Shown here: positions 1-8,305 of the stretch, piece by piece
Position numbering within the stretch: position 1 is the first letter of the stretch
Layout of the letters: every line of letters starts with the position of its first letter
Source: a virus
Lineage: Duplodnaviria; Caudoviricetes
Direction: 5' to 3' (one strand)
IMG/VR virus record: IMGVR_UViG_3300025288_000034
Location: 1-45,987 of that record
Length of the DNA: 45,987 nt
Translations under genes and position numbers: made by a program
Notes under the pieces: model-generated
Database searches by the model: none
Seen by the model: only the letters and a program-made list of their open reading frames with translations
What the model was told of the DNA's origin: nothing

Positions 1-14
1 GTCCACGAGTTGGT

Positions 15-41
15 ACTCCCGCCGTTTTTCTTTTTTTCTTT
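15..41 (+). terminator. 3' arm and U-tract of an intrinsic terminator spanning the window junction (5' arm at 45976-45985)
   Basis: ACTCCCGCCG (15-24) is the exact reverse complement of CGGCGGGAGT (45976-45985) and is followed by TTTTTCTTTTTTTTCTT; it lies between convergent genes. Confidence 0.8.
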
Positions 42-747
42 ATAGCCGATTGAGCGCTTCGCGAATACTGCGCTGTGTGATGATTAGGTCAGTCAATGTG
101 TCTTCCACCTGCTTGAGTTTCGCGGTCAGGTCTTTCTGTTGATTCATAATAGAGGCAAGGTCAGGCAGTGCCGTACTCAGTGCATCCGGCGCATCCGGCG
201 CATCCGGCGCATCTGCGGTTTCTTTCACCGGCGGAAGGAAGTACAATTCGGCTTCCATTTCACGTCTGTTCTTCAGCCCTTTGGATTCGTACATCCTCCC
301 AGAATTGGGATCCATAATATAAATCCATCGCATGAACTGTGCGGTGATTGCCTTGCGATATTCTTCTTTGTCGCGACCGTCTTTGAAAGCTAGGATCTGA
401 TTCGCAAGCGTAGATTTCCGGAAGCGCTGAATGTCGAAGTTGAAGATGAATGAGACAAGCGCGCCGAATTGATTGTGGTTCAGCTGGAAGTTGTTGATTG
501 ACATCCATTGATTCAGTTGTTCCACGCGCGCGCGCACGTCACTGCGTAACAGCGATTCGGCTGCGTCAAGTGTAATGTGCGGCGTATCCGCCGATATTGG
601 TTTGCCGTACAACATGTGCGCATGGCCATAGCCTATGGTCCAGATTCCTGCGTCGTCTTGATAAGGTGCAAGACTGAGCCCTTCCGCCTTCTTGATCAAT
701 TCAAGGCCGGGGCCTGCGTCGGCAAAGATTTTGATCCCTGTTGCCAT
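40..747 (-). CDS. Endolysin, GH24 (T4/lambda-21-type) lysozyme with C-terminal coiled-coil extension
   Basis: E-x8-D-x5-T catalytic triad in AEGLSLAPYQDDAGIWTIGYGH; NQFGALVSFIFN and GLKNRREMEAELY motifs; GGAG RBS. Confidence 0.92.
   Translation of the reverse strand: MATGIKIFADAGPGLELIKKAEGLSLAPYQDDAGIWTIGYGHAHMLYGKPISADTPHITLDAAESLLRSDVRARVEQLNQWMSINNFQLNHNQFGALVSFIFNFDIQRFRKSTLANQILAFKDGRDKEEYRKAITAQFMRWIYIMDPNSGRMYESKGLKNRREMEAELYFLPPVKETADAPDAPDAPDALSTALPDLASIMNQQKDLTAKLKQVEDTLTDLIITQRSIREALNRL
182..213. repeat. 9-bp tandem repeat (GCATCCGGC x3.5) encoding a DAP-repeat linker in the endolysin
   Basis: Seen directly; protein reads ADAPDAPDAPDA. Confidence 0.9.
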
Positions 748-783
748 GTTTGAAGTCTCCTTTGTTGGGGATGTTGGGGTTCA

Positions 784-2133
784 TCAAGAGTCTTTCTGTT
801 CCGTCAAGAATTGCGCGAGGTTGTGGTTGCTCCCGCTTTTCTTCTCGCGCTTCACACGTTTTGCGCTGAGGAAAATGGTGCCCTGTTCATTCTGAGTCTG
901 CACTACATTCTTTGCCAGCACAAGGTCACTCACCGCCTCTACCACATCCTGCGGTCTCGCGTCGCGATGAAATGCCGCGCGCACAGCGGAGGCGCTGACT
1001 GGCCCGCCAGTGGAACGGAGGTATTCCAAGATTCCCTGTTTCAGCTTGGAGATTGGAGACATCCCGAACTGACCCAGCGCATCCGACATGCCCTTTTCGG
1101 TAAGGCGGAGAACAAGATTCGCCACCTCTACATCCTCCCCTTCAATTGTCAACTGCTTCCGCGACGCAGCCAAGGCGAGGGAGAGCTTTAGCAGGTGGGT
1201 GAAACGGCGCGCTTTGTAGTAGCTGAATCGTGGATCCGCTATATCCAATTCTGTGTTATACAGGCCCTCTGCGACACGTTTCGCCGCGTCCGAAATGTTT
1301 ACGGGCCCACGGAGATTCATGTTGACAAACGACAGGGTTTCTTTCAGCGACATAATCAAACTCGCATCCGGCATTGTCGGCCAGATTACGTCCTTGTAAA
1401 CTTCAGCGCCATGTACCAAAATGAATCTACTGAGGAACCCATGTCCGTCAGCGGTGGGAGGGAGAGTGATGCTGATAGTTGCGGGAGTCGTACAGGCGAA
1501 AATATTCATTAGGGTTTCCCGAACCGTAACCTCGCCCTTGGTTGTTTCGTATCGGTAATCATCCCCGTCATATGTCTGTACAAGGAAGTCCATCATTGAG
1601 TGGTTGTGTTGTCCGAGGGGGCCACTCAATTCCGACCAGAAGGCGGAGAGTACATGGCGATCACAGCGATCTAGCATGATCGGGGCCTCCGCCTCGTCGC
1701 CCTCCTCTGTATGATTCCCATTCACCTCCATCCCTGTCAGACCAAAGGGGTCCGCCGTCGCAGCTTCCAACGCGGCAACATCCTCTTTCGTCTGTGCCTC
1801 CTCGGAACCGCGAGCGAGTGCACGAATCAATCCCTGCCGCTGTCCTCCCGTGTCCGTGGGTGCGAAGCGTACATTTGTGGAGTCCTTTAACAACCTGTAA
1901 GCCACGCCCATGGCGGCGGTTTTCCGCGAAGCTGGCGGGCCGACTAGGAGGATGTAATGATTCGGGTAGATTTTCCCCACCATCCCAAAGGGGATGTACA
2001 CCCGCCGTCCAAGAGCAGCAGCCATGGTGCTGACACAGGCCCAGAGGTGGAAGAGTCGTGGAGGTTCTGTGTTTTCCACCGCCTTCATGTAGTTGGCGAT
2101 GTATTCACTGTGGAAGTCAATGTCCACGCGCAT
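784..2133 (-). CDS. DUF3987/VirE-like P-loop ATPase, putative replicative helicase without a primase domain
   Basis: TEPPRLFHLW...ALGRRV...YPNHYILLVGPPASRKT Walker A context; GFLSRFILV arginine-finger-like motif; possible winged-helix C-terminus. Confidence 0.7.
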   Translation of the reverse strand: MRVDIDFHSEYIANYMKAVENTEPPRLFHLWACVSTMAAALGRRVYIPFGMVGKIYPNHYILLVGPPASRKTAAMGVAYRLLKDSTNVRFAPTDTGGQRQGLIRALARGSEEAQTKEDVAALEAATADPFGLTGMEVNGNHTEEGDEAEAPIMLDRCDRHVLSAFWSELSGPLGQHNHSMMDFLVQTYDGDDYRYETTKGEVTVRETLMNIFACTTPATISITLPPTADGHGFLSRFILVHGAEVYKDVIWPTMPDASLIMSLKETLSFVNMNLRGPVNISDAAKRVAEGLYNTELDIADPRFSYYKARRFTHLLKLSLALAASRKQLTIEGEDVEVANLVLRLTEKGMSDALGQFGMSPISKLKQGILEYLRSTGGPVSASAVRAAFHRDARPQDVVEAVSDLVLAKNVVQTQNEQGTIFLSAKRVKREKKSGSNHNLAQFLTEQKDS

Positions 2134-2196
2134 CCTGTGCCCCGGCGCTCGTCTGTTTAACTCTACAGGTTTTGTGTTTGCGAGTCTTGTTTGCGC

Positions 2197-2829
2197 CTAT
2201 GGGCTGGCTGTGGGCCACGCTTCCTTAATCGCGTCGAGGATGGCTTCGGCGGTTTCGTCCAACAGGGCATTCACGTTGGTGATGTCGATTCCGGAAACGT
2301 TGTAGTCGAGATAGTGTCGGGAGTCACCCTTGAACGTACAATCCCGCCGGTGAATGCGAAACAGCAGCAGGTCGGCGTGTCGTTTCATGTTGGTTTTGAT
2401 GTAATCAAATTCGGACTGCCGTCCTACAGTGCAGAGAATCACCAGGTTGGGTGCCTCAAGTTCGCGGACGCGTTTGTGCCACTCCTTTATCAGCCAGAGC
2501 GGATCACCCCGAAGGAAACACACGCGCTCCCAGTGGTGAATCATTAATAGTCGGGGCGTGGTTCTTGCTGCGGTCGTAGGATCGACCAAGCATTCGAGGT
2601 CTTTGCACGCCTGATAGACAGACTCCTCCACGCAGTCAGGAGATATCTCATTCAGGTACTCCCGTAGTGGTTCAACTGGATCCAGTCGCACCGCGTTGAA
2701 CCCCCCAAAGTTGAGTGCGGGCAGGATGAGATTCTCAATAGAAGTCTTCCCGGATTTTGGGGGCCCGCTCAACACAATCACCTTGCTGTTGATGGAGTGA
2801 AACGCAACTCGTGTGGCGTTTGTTGCCAT
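2197..2829 (-). CDS. Deoxynucleoside monophosphate kinase-like P-loop protein
   Basis: N-terminal VIVLSGPPKSGKT P-loop and C-terminal FKGDSRHY motif typical of phage dNMP kinases. Confidence 0.6.
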   Translation of the reverse strand: MATNATRVAFHSINSKVIVLSGPPKSGKTSIENLILPALNFGGFNAVRLDPVEPLREYLNEISPDCVEESVYQACKDLECLVDPTTAARTTPRLLMIHHWERVCFLRGDPLWLIKEWHKRVRELEAPNLVILCTVGRQSEFDYIKTNMKRHADLLLFRIHRRDCTFKGDSRHYLDYNVSGIDITNVNALLDETAEAILDAIKEAWPTASP

Positions 2830-2845
2830 TTGATTCGTGCCTATT

Positions 2846-2890
2846 TTGCTTGTGTTGCTTGTGTTGCTTGTGTTGCTTGTGCTGCTTGTG
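2846..2890. repeat. Intergenic 9-bp tandem repeat (TTGCTTGTG x5, last copy CTGCTTGTG)
   Basis: Seen directly. Confidence 0.9.
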
Positions 2891-2902
2891 CTGTCGAAGG
2901 CT

Positions 2903-2945
2903 AGAAAATCGAGGGAGCCTATAGCCTCGCCGTATAGGCTCCCTC
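2903..2945 (-). terminator. Intrinsic terminator downstream of the 74-aa gene
   Basis: Perfect 13-bp stem GAGGGAGCCTATA (2911-2923)/TATAGGCTCCCTC (2933-2945), followed on the minus strand by GATTTTCT. Confidence 0.7.
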
Positions 2946-3021
2946 AACTCGCGCCCCTTTTATGGAACGCTATTCAGTCCTGCCTAACCACAAGGCAGGG
3001 GGAGAAGCCTGAGGGGGCAGG

Positions 3022-3246
3022 CTAACCCAGGGCTTGCAGGGACTGAATCTCAACCCGAAGCTGCGCGGCTGCGGCTGGGGACATCTCGTCGAGGAAGCCT
3101 CCGCCGCCTTGAGCCGGTGCAGTGTCGGGATTCGGAACGAGGGCGAGGAGCGCGGCAAGATTCGCTTGAAGTTGCGTGAGCACGCCGGTCGCGGCACCCG
3201 TGGTCAAGTAAGAACCGAGTACCTGTACGCCAGTTGTTGCAGTCAT
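3022..3246 (-). CDS. Small Ala/Gly/Thr-rich hypothetical protein (74 aa)
   Basis: Strong AAGGAG RBS 9-10 nt upstream of ATG; collinear with neighbours; followed by a terminator. Confidence 0.75.
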   Translation of the reverse strand: MTATTGVQVLGSYLTTGAATGVLTQLQANLAALLALVPNPDTAPAQGGGGFLDEMSPAAAAQLRVEIQSLQALG

Positions 3247-3304
3247 GTTGGTAGTCTCCTTTGCAAAGGGGGTGGTGTAACACCGAAGGCACCGAAGGCA
3301 GGGA

Positions 3305-5914
3305 TCAAGCGCGAATGCGATCTAAATCATACGGGTCGCCGGATTTCCAGGGAATCATCCCCTTCCCCCAATGCTTCCCCACGTTCGCATCGGTCTTGAC
3401 GCTGACTTGGTGCCCGTTGATGATAATCGGGCGCTCCATTACAAGCAAGAGGTTATACAGGGCTTCTTTCCAGCGGGGCGCGCGTGTATCCAACTGCCCC
3501 ACGAGAGAGTCATGGACCTGCAGGCAGGTCATTAGCCCGAACTCTTTGTCCTCCAATTTGAGGGGTTTCTCCTTCGCGTGCGCGTTTGGCCCATCGCGGA
3601 AGGTGGGGGGGATGTAGCCGAAGCGAATTTCCTCCATCGTGCGATTCATGTTCCCCGCTGTATCGCTTTGGCCATAGAACGCCGTTGCTTCGCGCTGAGT
3701 TCCCGAGTCTGTCGGGGTACCAATGAAGGAACGTGTCATCCCGAAAGCGTTGGTACACTTGCGTTCCTTCTTAAGGCGTTCCGCAATTTCCCCGTACCAG
3801 CCCTTCTTTGAAAGTCGAGGATATAGACCACGGAATCGATGCAACAGGGCTTGACAGAACCTGCACAAGGTTTCCTCATCCCACAACAGAGCTTGGTCGT
3901 AGCCCATTTTCACAGCAGCGGCGATCACAGACTCTCGACCCATGCTCACATATAACGTGCCCCCCGCCATCTGAAAGTTCGCCCCGTGGACAATACGCTT
4001 GGTGATGTTCCGAATCCCCGTGATGGGATGTGTAATCCTTGGGTCGTCCTTGTGGTTGCCCTTCACAATTTCCTCATAGGGGACTTTGAAAAAGAACTCC
4101 CCGTGTATGGCGTGAGAGTCTTGACCTGAGGACATCGTCTTGATGTACTTCTGGTCATTCGACTCATACGCCACAAACACCGCATCACTCTGGGAGTAGT
4201 CCACATCGAACAGGATGTAACCATCGTCCGCCACAAGCCAATCCCTCATTGACTTGCGGATGTTCTGCATGTTGGTACCATCCCAGAAGGGACTCGATGA
4301 GGAACTGTACCGCCATGTTTCGGTGCGCACGCTAACGGAGGAGCGCATCCTGTGAGTCGCTACATGCACATCACACACATTGCTAATTTGTGTGCGGGGC
4401 TCCATAGCGGCCTGCATTGAGTCCGAGACTCTTTTGAAAAACGGATGCTCCGTCGCGATCATGCGCAACGCGAGTTTGCCCGCGCTTTTGCCTTTCCCGG
4501 TTTTCCCTTTGATAATTTTTCCCTTCGCGTTGCGGGGAGTCGCACCCAGCAGGGTGTAAAACAATTCAGCTTTTTGCTGGGGGGAGTTAACATTGAACTC
4601 CGGGTCATCAATCAGACGACGGAAACTCTCGATGTTTGCATTGTATTGTTCTTCCAGTTTCTGCCTCAGCGCCTCGCGTTTTTCGAAGTCAGCTTTCAGG
4701 CCCCGCATTGTCATGGCGAGTCCGCTCAACATCTGCGGAAATTCATTGGCGTAATTGAACTTTACCTCTGGCGTGCCGGAGGCGAGGCGTAGGAGGAGGA
4801 GTCCACTGCACAATGTATAATGGCAATCAAGGCCGTTGTATCGCCAGAATCTCTCCATGTCCCTATCCCTTTGGCGGCCCTTCTCCTCTTTCAACCCCTT
4901 TAAGTCCTGCTTCCAATACGCATAATCATCCAACAGAATGCTCGCGATCACATCGAGAGATTTGTCCAGTTCCGGGTAGAGGGCATGCCACATATGCATT
5001 GTGTCAAGTTGGTAATTGTGCTGCGGCATTCCCCATGTGATGTTATAGGCGGAGTCGTAGGAACCGTTCTGATACACCTTGACTGACGGGTTCGCATTAA
5101 TGCGGCGCACCGTTTCCACGGCTTCTGCAAAGTCCGAGTCGTTCTGCCAGAACACTCCATCAGGTTGGAACTTGTCCGCGAACGGGATTACAAAAGTGCG
5201 CATTTCCCCGGTAGGTTTGAGTCCGGTGTAGCCGCTGCATGAGATGGTATATCCCCCCGCCTCGGCCGACCCCGTGGTTTCCAAGTCGTGGGAACTCAAC
5301 ACACAATCGTGGAGCCAGTGTTCCGCCTGCTTGAGGTCGAAGATTGTACGAGTCACGGAGTACTGGAAGGCTGGGAATTGGCGCTGCTTCCCATGCGCGT
5401 ATCTTGCAACCTTGGCCCAATCCCGTACCCACAACCAGTAGCCGTCCTTGACTTTGTAGACATCGCCCTGCCCTTCTAGGGAGTCTTCCAAGTCCTCATC
5501 CACACTCTTGGTTTTCTGTTGTCGATGAATCGCGGAGATGGGGGGGACAATGATCGAGGGGATACCTCTGTATGAATACACACTCCCCCGTGTCTTGCTT
5601 ATCTTGTCAGCCCCATAGATGATCCCGTTGAGAATCCCTAGTGCAGCACTGCATGAGGTGACAATCAGGTTGGGCTTGACCGTTTGAATCATGTGATCCA
5701 TGTAAGTTTTCACGGCGCGCCGCACACCCTCGTCCCCACTCAGGGTCATCTCCTTTTCATTCCCCCTCCGCTTGAGTGCCCCATCAACCACCTTGTGGAG
5801 ATTCGCAAACTGCACATCCTTGATGTCCAATTTGCAAGCCTGCAGAAGGCGAACGAAGGTGGGCATATAGCCTTCAGTGATTCCCAGAGGGTCGGTGAAG
5901 TAAAGGATTTTCAT
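3305..5914 (-). CDS. polA: Family A DNA polymerase with 3'-5' exonuclease and N-terminal degenerate uracil-DNA-glycosylase-like domain
   Basis: Exo motifs HDLETTG, YQNGSYD, YNGLD; motif A DYSQSD, motif B RNITKRIVHGANF, motif C QVHDS; start set at MKILYF (5914) because the longer ORF start overlaps a terminator. Confidence 0.93.
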   Translation of the reverse strand: MKILYFTDPLGITEGYMPTFVRLLQACKLDIKDVQFANLHKVVDGALKRRGNEKEMTLSGDEGVRRAVKTYMDHMIQTVKPNLIVTSCSAALGILNGIIYGADKISKTRGSVYSYRGIPSIIVPPISAIHRQQKTKSVDEDLEDSLEGQGDVYKVKDGYWLWVRDWAKVARYAHGKQRQFPAFQYSVTRTIFDLKQAEHWLHDCVLSSHDLETTGSAEAGGYTISCSGYTGLKPTGEMRTFVIPFADKFQPDGVFWQNDSDFAEAVETVRRINANPSVKVYQNGSYDSAYNITWGMPQHNYQLDTMHMWHALYPELDKSLDVIASILLDDYAYWKQDLKGLKEEKGRQRDRDMERFWRYNGLDCHYTLCSGLLLLRLASGTPEVKFNYANEFPQMLSGLAMTMRGLKADFEKREALRQKLEEQYNANIESFRRLIDDPEFNVNSPQQKAELFYTLLGATPRNAKGKIIKGKTGKGKSAGKLALRMIATEHPFFKRVSDSMQAAMEPRTQISNVCDVHVATHRMRSSVSVRTETWRYSSSSSPFWDGTNMQNIRKSMRDWLVADDGYILFDVDYSQSDAVFVAYESNDQKYIKTMSSGQDSHAIHGEFFFKVPYEEIVKGNHKDDPRITHPITGIRNITKRIVHGANFQMAGGTLYVSMGRESVIAAAVKMGYDQALLWDEETLCRFCQALLHRFRGLYPRLSKKGWYGEIAERLKKERKCTNAFGMTRSFIGTPTDSGTQREATAFYGQSDTAGNMNRTMEEIRFGYIPPTFRDGPNAHAKEKPLKLEDKEFGLMTCLQVHDSLVGQLDTRAPRWKEALYNLLLVMERPIIINGHQVSVKTDANVGKHWGKGMIPWKSGDPYDLDRIRA

Positions 5915-5934
5915 TTTGCTGCCTTGTTGAACGG

Positions 5935-5976
5935 GAAAAGAGGAGGGGCGAGATTTCATTGTATTCCCACCCCTCC
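5935..5976 (-). terminator. Probable terminator/attenuator hairpin between the SSB-like gene and the polymerase
   Basis: Minus-strand GGAGGGGTGGGA...TCTCGCCCCTCC stem (with G:U pairs) followed by TCTTTT. Confidence 0.5.
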
Positions 5977-6007
5977 AGAGCAAATCAACGTATCGAAACA
6001 ATTGCCA

Positions 6008-6520
6008 CTAGACTGCGATTTGGCCGCTGGCTTTTTCGATGATCGGATTGAGGTTCACAAACGGTCTGTCTTTGTCGTTCGGATTCTTCCGATGCTTCAC
6101 TTGGCCGAGGAATTTGTGTCCATTCAGCCCACCCGACATCAGCTCTTTGAGACTCATACCGGGATTGGGGGCGCCGATGTCCTTGAGGTACGCCTTCAGC
6201 CTGCCAAGTCCTTCGAGGGGATCGCTCTTGAGGATGAAGAAGGTTTCCACGTGAGATTTCCCGACCAGCTTTGCCTGTGATTCCGTGTCCGGATAGTCCG
6301 CCGACGCCACAGACAGTACTTCCAGCACCCGACATTTGACCTTCAGGGTGAATGAATCTCCACTCTTGGTTTCCGCTGTACCGGGCTTGACTTCTTCGAT
6401 TTCAAATCCCGCTTTCATGGGAGGGAGTGAAGTGAATCGCACCTCCACAATGTCTTCCAACGAAACGCCGGCGAGTTCCTCGAAGGCTTCATTGAATGCG
6501 TCGCTTTGCGTGTCAGTCAT
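6008..6520 (-). CDS. Putative single-stranded DNA-binding protein (DUF669-like OB fold)
   Basis: Beta-rich pattern, ETFFI, GRLKAYL, KFLGQVKHRKN; position directly after a Sak4-like ATPase; GAGG RBS. Confidence 0.6.
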   Translation of the reverse strand: MTDTQSDAFNEAFEELAGVSLEDIVEVRFTSLPPMKAGFEIEEVKPGTAETKSGDSFTLKVKCRVLEVLSVASADYPDTESQAKLVGKSHVETFFILKSDPLEGLGRLKAYLKDIGAPNPGMSLKELMSGGLNGHKFLGQVKHRKNPNDKDRPFVNLNPIIEKASGQIAV

Positions 6521-6549
6521 TTTTGTATCGTCCTCTGTTTGCGGTTGTA

Positions 6550-7617
6550 TTAGGAAGGTTTCCGTTTCAGTAATGCCAGTGGACTCGCCGCGGCTTTAAC
6601 AGACGCAGTTTTTCCAACAGGCATGGCGACCGTTCCACCAACCTTTCCTGTGGGATTCAGCACCGAGGTTGTCGCTGCCAAATTCGCAGGCGGTTCGTAG
6701 GGGTCATGGAGAATCAATGCCGGATCACCCTCAAAGGTGACTTGCTCCGGTACCGATCCCCCCGCTCGGCGCACAAGTTCCGCGAATGCAGCATCCTGTA
6801 CAGCGAGTCTCGTTGTGAAGCGACCGCCGGCTGAGCGCTCTGCGGTTGCTCCAAAGTCCACGATGCGCCGATCCATCACATCGATTTCCAGCCATCCCAC
6901 ATCGGTGAAGTAAGATGGGAGAGTCATTGCATGGGGGCGTGAGATGGATTTGGGGACCCATCTTGAAAATTCAATCTCCCGATTCTCTGTCTTCCCTGCC
7001 TCCCTCACGGAGCCCCGCTTGACTTTGTACTTGATAAATTCATCGGGATGGGCGATCACGATTACATGACAGGGGAGGCTGCGGATTCTTGACAACAAGT
7101 CTGTGGCAAAATTGTTGGCGCTGCCATACACTCCCAGTCCCGCCTTATCCACGCTTGATAAATCGATTCCCGCATCGAGAGCAATCGCGGACATCACGGA
7201 GTGGGATACCCCGGTCCAGGAATCAATCACCACAACCCAATCCCCTGTGAGTTTGGAGGCTGTGATGTCGTAGACTCGATCACCCACATCCATGGCTGGA
7301 CGGAGGCCCCGCGTTTTCGTATCATTCCATTTAAAGACTCCATCCGTGAGGAACTTCTTCAACAGCAACGCATTGCGGGGAATGTATTGTCCCTGCTCTG
7401 AGATCATGTCGGAGAAATTGAGGTAGAAGATTCGAGCCAATGCGTCTTTGGGAAGCTGCCCGATGGTGGGGCGGGAAACATCCCCGTCAAGGTACAGCAC
7501 CTTGAACCCCGCCACGGCAGCTTGCCCGGCATAATGAGTCTTCCCTGTCTTGCTGTCCCCCACAAGAAGGAGCTTCACCAGCTGCTCTTCCGGTGGCATT
7601 TCTGTGCCGATTGGCAT
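6550..7617 (-). CDS. AAA_24/Sak4-like ATPase (ssDNA annealing/recombination)
   Basis: KLLLVGDSKTGKT Walker A, LYLDGD, VVVIDSWT Walker B, HVIVIAH, LPSYFTDV. Confidence 0.8.
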   Translation of the reverse strand: MPIGTEMPPEEQLVKLLLVGDSKTGKTHYAGQAAVAGFKVLYLDGDVSRPTIGQLPKDALARIFYLNFSDMISEQGQYIPRNALLLKKFLTDGVFKWNDTKTRGLRPAMDVGDRVYDITASKLTGDWVVVIDSWTGVSHSVMSAIALDAGIDLSSVDKAGLGVYGSANNFATDLLSRIRSLPCHVIVIAHPDEFIKYKVKRGSVREAGKTENREIEFSRWVPKSISRPHAMTLPSYFTDVGWLEIDVMDRRIVDFGATAERSAGGRFTTRLAVQDAAFAELVRRAGGSVPEQVTFEGDPALILHDPYEPPANLAATTSVLNPTGKVGGTVAMPVGKTASVKAAASPLALLKRKPS

Positions 7618-7623
7618 GTGAGT

Positions 7624-7809
7624 CTATTCCTCTTCTTCTTCCACACAAGCTACGTACAAGATAAAGTCTTCCATGTATGCAGAGAAAGGCGCTTGAGCGC
7701 TGCTGTTGAAGTGTTGCGCGGTTGCTGTTTTGCTGTATTGGTCGATCAGCTGTACGACTCTCGTGCAAAATTCAGTTCGTGTCATATGATATGGCTTGCG
7801 GTTTGTCAC
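7624..7809 (-). CDS. Hypothetical protein (61 aa)
   Basis: Fills the gap in the leftward operon; GTG start with GAGG upstream. Confidence 0.55.
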   Translation of the reverse strand: MTNRKPYHMTRTEFCTRVVQLIDQYSKTATAQHFNSSAQAPFSAYMEDFILYVACVEEEEE

Positions 7810-7826
7810 TTGTTGTGCCTCGCCTG

Positions 7827-7919
7827 TTAAAGGAGCGTGATTGTCCAGATAAAGCAGATGAATCCTAAGACGGCGATCAATCCGCCAAGGCCCGCCGCCG
7901 TATAAACCCCATAGGCCAT
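7827..7919 (-). CDS. Possible very small membrane peptide (MAYGVYTAAGLGGLIAVLGFICFIWTITLL)
   Basis: Hydrophobic C-terminal part of track ORF 7827..8132 that fills an otherwise empty gap; start uncertain. Confidence 0.3.
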   Translation of the reverse strand: MAYGVYTAAGLGGLIAVLGFICFIWTITLL

Positions 7920-7957
7920 GATGGCGCCATAGAATCCCGAGGAAACCCAGAGCCAGA

Positions 7958-8305
7958 TTACTCTGCTTCGTGTTGTAACGCCCTCATGTATTCTTGTTTC
8001 GGCTCCGGCAGACCCAGCAATTTTGCTTGCAACTTTACTGCCGGCCAGAAAGCGTCGATTGCCCCGAGATTCTCCAGGTCGTACAACATCGTCACGGCGC
8101 GCCGCTGATTGTTGTATTGTTTCGTCATCCATTGTTCGCCCTCCAAGATGCGTTGATCCTCCGTGGATTCCCCTACAGTTTCCCGCGCCTTTTCCGCCAA
8201 CATATAGAAGTAGAAACAGGCATGTGCAGCGGGGTCTTGTGGAAGGAATCCCTGCGGAGGCAGGTAATCCTTGAAGATCATGGGTGTGAAGAGGAGGTGT
8301 TTCAT
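7958..8305 (-). CDS. Hypothetical protein (115 aa)
   Basis: ATGA overlap with the upstream gene; protein-like composition. Confidence 0.75.
   Translation of the reverse strand: MKHLLFTPMIFKDYLPPQGFLPQDPAAHACFYFYMLAEKARETVGESTEDQRILEGEQWMTKQYNNQRRAVTMLYDLENLGAIDAFWPAVKLQAKLLGLPEPKQEYMRALQHEAE

Noticed and set aside
2735-3025. ORFs with QHK or VLL repeats (2735..2947 minus, 2837..3025 plus)
   Set aside because: They are translations of the 9-bp repeat and run through a terminator hairpin
3305-5914. Polymerase as DpoZ of a 2-aminoadenine (Z-genome) phage
   Set aside because: No PurZ, dATPase or other base-modification genes recognised in the genome
5915-6001. N-terminal 29 codons of the track's 898-aa polymerase ORF (similarly the extensions at 19214, 25876, 18364 and 33866)
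   Set aside because: They overlap terminator, promoter or upstream-gene sequence; downstream ATGs have better RBS context
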